Positions 61,308-64,000 of a DNA stretch of 64,000 nucleotides are shown here, in pieces (position 1 is the first letter of the stretch; the number at the start of each line of letters is the position of its first letter). The stretch spans positions 47,958-111,957 of the forward strand of contig JAJEDY010000067.1 in the NCBI GenBank assembly GCA_022821275.1. The letters run 5' to 3'. The notes beneath the pieces were generated by a model. The model was given only the letters and a program-made list of their open reading frames with translations, had not been told where the DNA came from and searched no databases. This DNA comes from Candidatus Latescibacterota bacterium (lineage in GTDB: Bacteria; Latescibacterota; UBA2968). Both the position numbers and the translations under genes were made by a program.

Positions 61308-61772
61308 ATGATCGACAATAGCTGGTACATACGCCCCAAAGGATTGCGAGAACGCCATGCTGCAGGCGGTGTGGTCGTGCGCTGGGATGGCAATCAGGTA
61401 TTGCTGGCTCTTGCTCGCGAAAGAGGGCACACCGACTATGTGCTGCCCAAAGGACACATTGAAGCGGGCGAGAAAATCGAGTATGCTGCCCGACGAGAGA
61501 TCGAAGAAGAAGTGGGAATATCAAAACTGCAGCTCGTAGAAAAACTCGGCACAAAAGAACGGCTTGATTTTCACAAGACAGAATGGAAAATAACACATTA
61601 TTTTTTGTATTCGACCAGGCAGATTGATGCCGTGCCAACCGATACAACGCATCACGAAAGCATGTCCTGGGTGCCACTTGATCCAGTCCCTTTATTTTTT
61701 TGGCCGGAACAACGCGCGCTAATCGAAGAAAACGCGCGTCTAATTTGGAAAGCTGTGGATAGAAAGGAATAA
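61308..61772 (+). CDS. NUDIX hydrolase
   Basis: Nudix box GHIEAGEKIEYAARREIEEEVG. Confidence 0.8.
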   Translation: MIDNSWYIRPKGLRERHAAGGVVVRWDGNQVLLALARERGHTDYVLPKGHIEAGEKIEYAARREIEEEVGISKLQLVEKLGTKERLDFHKTEWKITHYFLYSTRQIDAVPTDTTHHESMSWVPLDPVPLFFWPEQRALIEENARLIWKAVDRKE

Positions 61773-61773
61773 A

Positions 61774-62145
61774 ATGACAAAACAAGACCTGGAGTATTTC
61801 AAAAATCTTTTAGAGACCAAACGCACCTCTATCGTTAAAGACCTGGGCACATTGCAGAGCCATTCCATGCAGAGCACCTCGGCAGAATCGTCGGGAGACC
61901 TGACGTATTCAGATCACATGCCCGATTTGGGCAGTGCGACCATGGAACGCGAAAAGGCTTTTCTATTTGCAGCGCGCGACGGTGCTTATCTGGACCAAAT
62001 TGAAGCCGCTTTAACGCGCATTCAAAATCGCAAATTTGGCACGTGTCGAGCGTGTAAAGCTCCCATTCCCAGAGCAAGACTGGAAGCGGTGCCAACCACG
62101 GAAGTTTGCGTCCCTTGTAAAGAAAAACAAAACAAATCGGTATGA
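61774..62145 (+). CDS. DksA/TraR family C4-type zinc-finger protein
   Basis: C-terminal CRACKAPI...CVPC four-Cys finger and N-terminal coiled-coil. Confidence 0.75.
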   Translation: MTKQDLEYFKNLLETKRTSIVKDLGTLQSHSMQSTSAESSGDLTYSDHMPDLGSATMEREKAFLFAARDGAYLDQIEAALTRIQNRKFGTCRACKAPIPRARLEAVPTTEVCVPCKEKQNKSV

Positions 62146-62148
62146 GGT

Positions 62149-62652
62149 GTGCTTGTGAGATTTTTGTGGATTACAGGCGTGGCATTGGTGCTGGACCAAT
62201 TTACAAAATGGTGGGTGTTGCAAACCATGACCCTGGGCGAATCTGTACCGGTGTTGGGATCTTTTTTTAAACTGACCTACATTCACAATCCGGGTGCAGT
62301 ATTCGGCATCCGATTGGGCAACCCATACCTGCACCTGTTACTGGCCTGCGTGGCACTTCTCGTGGTTGGTGGATTACTGTGGCGCCTCTCTCCTGAAGAC
62401 CGCCTCGCAGCCATTGGTTTAACCCTCGTGCTGGGAGGTGCAATTGGCAATATCATCGACCGTGTGCGGTTTGGCGTCGTAATTGATTTTCTCGATTTTG
62501 GTATTGGATCTACGCGGTGGTGGGTTTTTAACCTCGCGGATACCTGCGTCAGTGTGGGAACCGCTCTCTTAATTTTTGCTTTTGGCATCACACCGAAACA
62601 CCGTAAGACGGTGTACGACCGTGATTCATCTAAAAATTCTGCCCCAACATAA
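62149..62652 (+). CDS. lspA: Lipoprotein signal peptidase II
   Basis: LspA motifs (NPGAVFG, IIDRVRFG.VIDFLDF, FNLAD). GTG start. Confidence 0.85.
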   Translation: MLVRFLWITGVALVLDQFTKWWVLQTMTLGESVPVLGSFFKLTYIHNPGAVFGIRLGNPYLHLLLACVALLVVGGLLWRLSPEDRLAAIGLTLVLGGAIGNIIDRVRFGVVIDFLDFGIGSTRWWVFNLADTCVSVGTALLIFAFGITPKHRKTVYDRDSSKNSAPT

Positions 62653-63601
62653 AGGCCAGCGTCTGGACCGCTATCTGGCCGATCAACGCCCAGAACTTTC
62701 GCGTTCACGCCTTCAAAAACTGATTGTCGAGGGTGCTGTATGCATCAATGGAAAGACGACGCGGTCGAGCTATCGGGTGGTAGCTGGCGATAGCATCACA
62801 ATAGATATACCCCCTCCAATAGACAGTACAATTAATCCAGAGGATATTCCTCTGGATATTTTTTTTGAAGATGATCATGTGCTGGTGCTCCACAAACCTG
62901 CGGGTATGATTGTACATCCAGCGGGAGGCGTGACCTCGGGAACACTCGTCAATGCTCTCCTGTCACATTGCACGCATTTATCGGGTATCAATGGGGTTTT
63001 GCGACCGGGTATTGTACATCGGCTGGACAAAGACACATCGGGGCTGATGGTCGTCGCCAAAAGTGATGAAGGGCACCGCGGATTGGCTGCCCAGTTGGAA
63101 GCCCGTGCGATGGTACGACGTTATCTCGCGTTGATATGGGGGGGCTTTGAAGAAGATGAGGGGCGCATAGAAGCACCCATTGGAAGACATCCAAAAGATC
63201 GAAGGCGAATGACCGTTTTTCAGAGTGGAAGATATGCAGCAACGCGCTGGAAAATCAGGGCGCGTTACGATTTTCTCTCTTTGCTATCTCTCGCGCTGGA
63301 GACGGGTCGTACGCACCAGATCAGAGTGCACCTAACGCACCTCAATCGTCCTGTATTTGGCGATCCGCTATACGGTGGACGCGAGGAGAAGCTATCTGGG
63401 ATTGCCCCCCTGTTTCGCAGGAGAGCAACCCACCTGCTCGCACAAACCAATCGACAGATGCTCCACGCGACCCAATTGACCTTTGTGCATCCCGTAACAA
63501 AAAAAGAAATGATGTTTGAAGCACATCCACCAGGAGATATGCAGAAGATTCTTGCTTATTCCTCATCATCTTCTTCTGGCATAAGCACAAATTCGGGATA
63601 A
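62621..63601 (+). CDS. rluD: RluA-family 23S rRNA pseudouridine synthase (RluD-like); start uncertain (GTG 62621 chosen, ORF open from 62576)
   Basis: S4 domain (RLDRYLADQ...) and the catalytic HRLDKDTSGLMVVAK motif. Confidence 0.75.
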   Translation: MIHLKILPQHKGQRLDRYLADQRPELSRSRLQKLIVEGAVCINGKTTRSSYRVVAGDSITIDIPPPIDSTINPEDIPLDIFFEDDHVLVLHKPAGMIVHPAGGVTSGTLVNALLSHCTHLSGINGVLRPGIVHRLDKDTSGLMVVAKSDEGHRGLAAQLEARAMVRRYLALIWGGFEEDEGRIEAPIGRHPKDRRRMTVFQSGRYAATRWKIRARYDFLSLLSLALETGRTHQIRVHLTHLNRPVFGDPLYGGREEKLSGIAPLFRRRATHLLAQTNRQMLHATQLTFVHPVTKKEMMFEAHPPGDMQKILAYSSSSSSGISTNSG

Positions 63602-64000
63602 GCGTCGATTCCCAATTCCCCAACATCCTGACCCAACTGTTCGACCTGCCGCGACACGCGCACACTCAACGTCATAGCAATCACGCGCCACAACACCCAC
63701 GAGGTCACAAACACGAATGCGCCAATCGCTACGATACCGATCAATTGTACGCCTAAGTTCCCGCCGCCAGCGATGCAGACCGCCACAGTTCCCCAGATAC
63801 CGGCGAACAAGTGAGCCGGTATCGCCCCAACCACATCGTCCAGCTTGATTTTTTCCAGCAACTTGATCCCAGCAGTACACAAAACCGCGCCAATGGCACC
63901 AATAACGACTGACCAGTAGTGATCGACAATATCAGGTCCAGCAGTAATCGACACCAGACCGGCGATTGCGCCATTCAACCCTGCAAACAGATCTAAGCGC
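63556..64000 (-). CDS. Ammonium transporter (Amt family), 3' portion; gene start lies beyond the window end
   Basis: The C-terminal TM helices (…AIAGLVSITAGPD…, FAGIWGTVAVCIAGG) match Amt/MEP. Convergent with rluD, overlapping by 46 nt. Confidence 0.7.
   Translation of the reverse strand, partial: RLDLFAGLNGAIAGLVSITAGPDIVDHYWSVVIGAIGAVLCTAGIKLLEKIKLDDVVGAIPAHLFAGIWGTVAVCIAGGGNLGVQLIGIVAIGAFVFVTSWVLWRVIAMTLSVRVSRQVEQLGQDVGELGIDAYPEFVLMPEEDDEE

Noticed and set aside
1-64000. CRISPR arrays, tRNA or rRNA genes, IS elements, integrases, prophage genes
   Set aside because: Not seen. There are no spaced direct repeats, no cloverleaf-like conserved T-arm or anticodon context, and no transposase- or integrase-like ORFs.

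Overview
This reads like a metagenomic contig from a diderm (Gram-negative) bacterium: lipoproteins, LspA, a TolC/RND pump and a porin-like outer-membrane barrel are all present. The taxon is not determinable from sequence alone; the sulfatase-rich gene content only suggests a PVC-superphylum or Poribacteria-like organism, which is inference.

The window splits into two parts:
- **First ~24 kb (visibly higher GC)**: the 5' ~1,420 codons of a very large thioester-containing alpha-2-macroglobulin lipoprotein gene that runs off the window start, and a block of predicted cytoplasmic, signal-peptide-less glycan/sulfoglycan-processing genes. The block holds a heparinase II/III-like protein, two of the window's three sulfatases (the third sits at 44.5 kb), three of the five Gfo/Idh/MocA oxidoreductases, a beta-helix protein, an M24 peptidase, and a decayed CocE/NonD hydrolase pseudogene. 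A hicB-hicA toxin-antitoxin pair and a lone Schlafen(AlbA_2)/HATPase_c_4 gene are inserted in it.
- **Remaining ~40 kb (lower GC, mostly housekeeping)**: tilS-ftsH-folP, a TolC-MFP-RND efflux operon, holA, trxA, a B12-binding radical SAM protein, a lipoprotein serpin, two tandem PhyH-family dioxygenase paralogs, a yjfIJKLM-like PspA envelope-stress cluster, recJ, a two-domain PPK2, an ABC ATPase, yggS-yggT-divIVA, mtnP, a NUDIX hydrolase, a DksA/TraR-like protein, lspA, rluD, and a partial Amt transporter.

No rRNA, tRNA, CRISPR array, transposase or integrase was seen.

The strongest unexplained signals are:
- a family of tandem heptamer repeats (ACTTCNC)n at three intergenic gene ends, one copy forming a large inverted repeat;
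- the compositionally distinct Schlafen-like gene with a TPR-like tail;
- a PhyH paralog carrying HxG in place of the HxD iron ligand, which is halogenase-like;
- a secreted RGG-repeat protein;
- the CocE/NonD gene that has lost its catalytic core.

I could not identify a single unambiguous novel multi-gene system; the candidates are listed with how to test them. The supplied ORF track uses ATG/GTG/TTG starts and omits ORFs that run off the window, so several gene starts were re-derived by hand.
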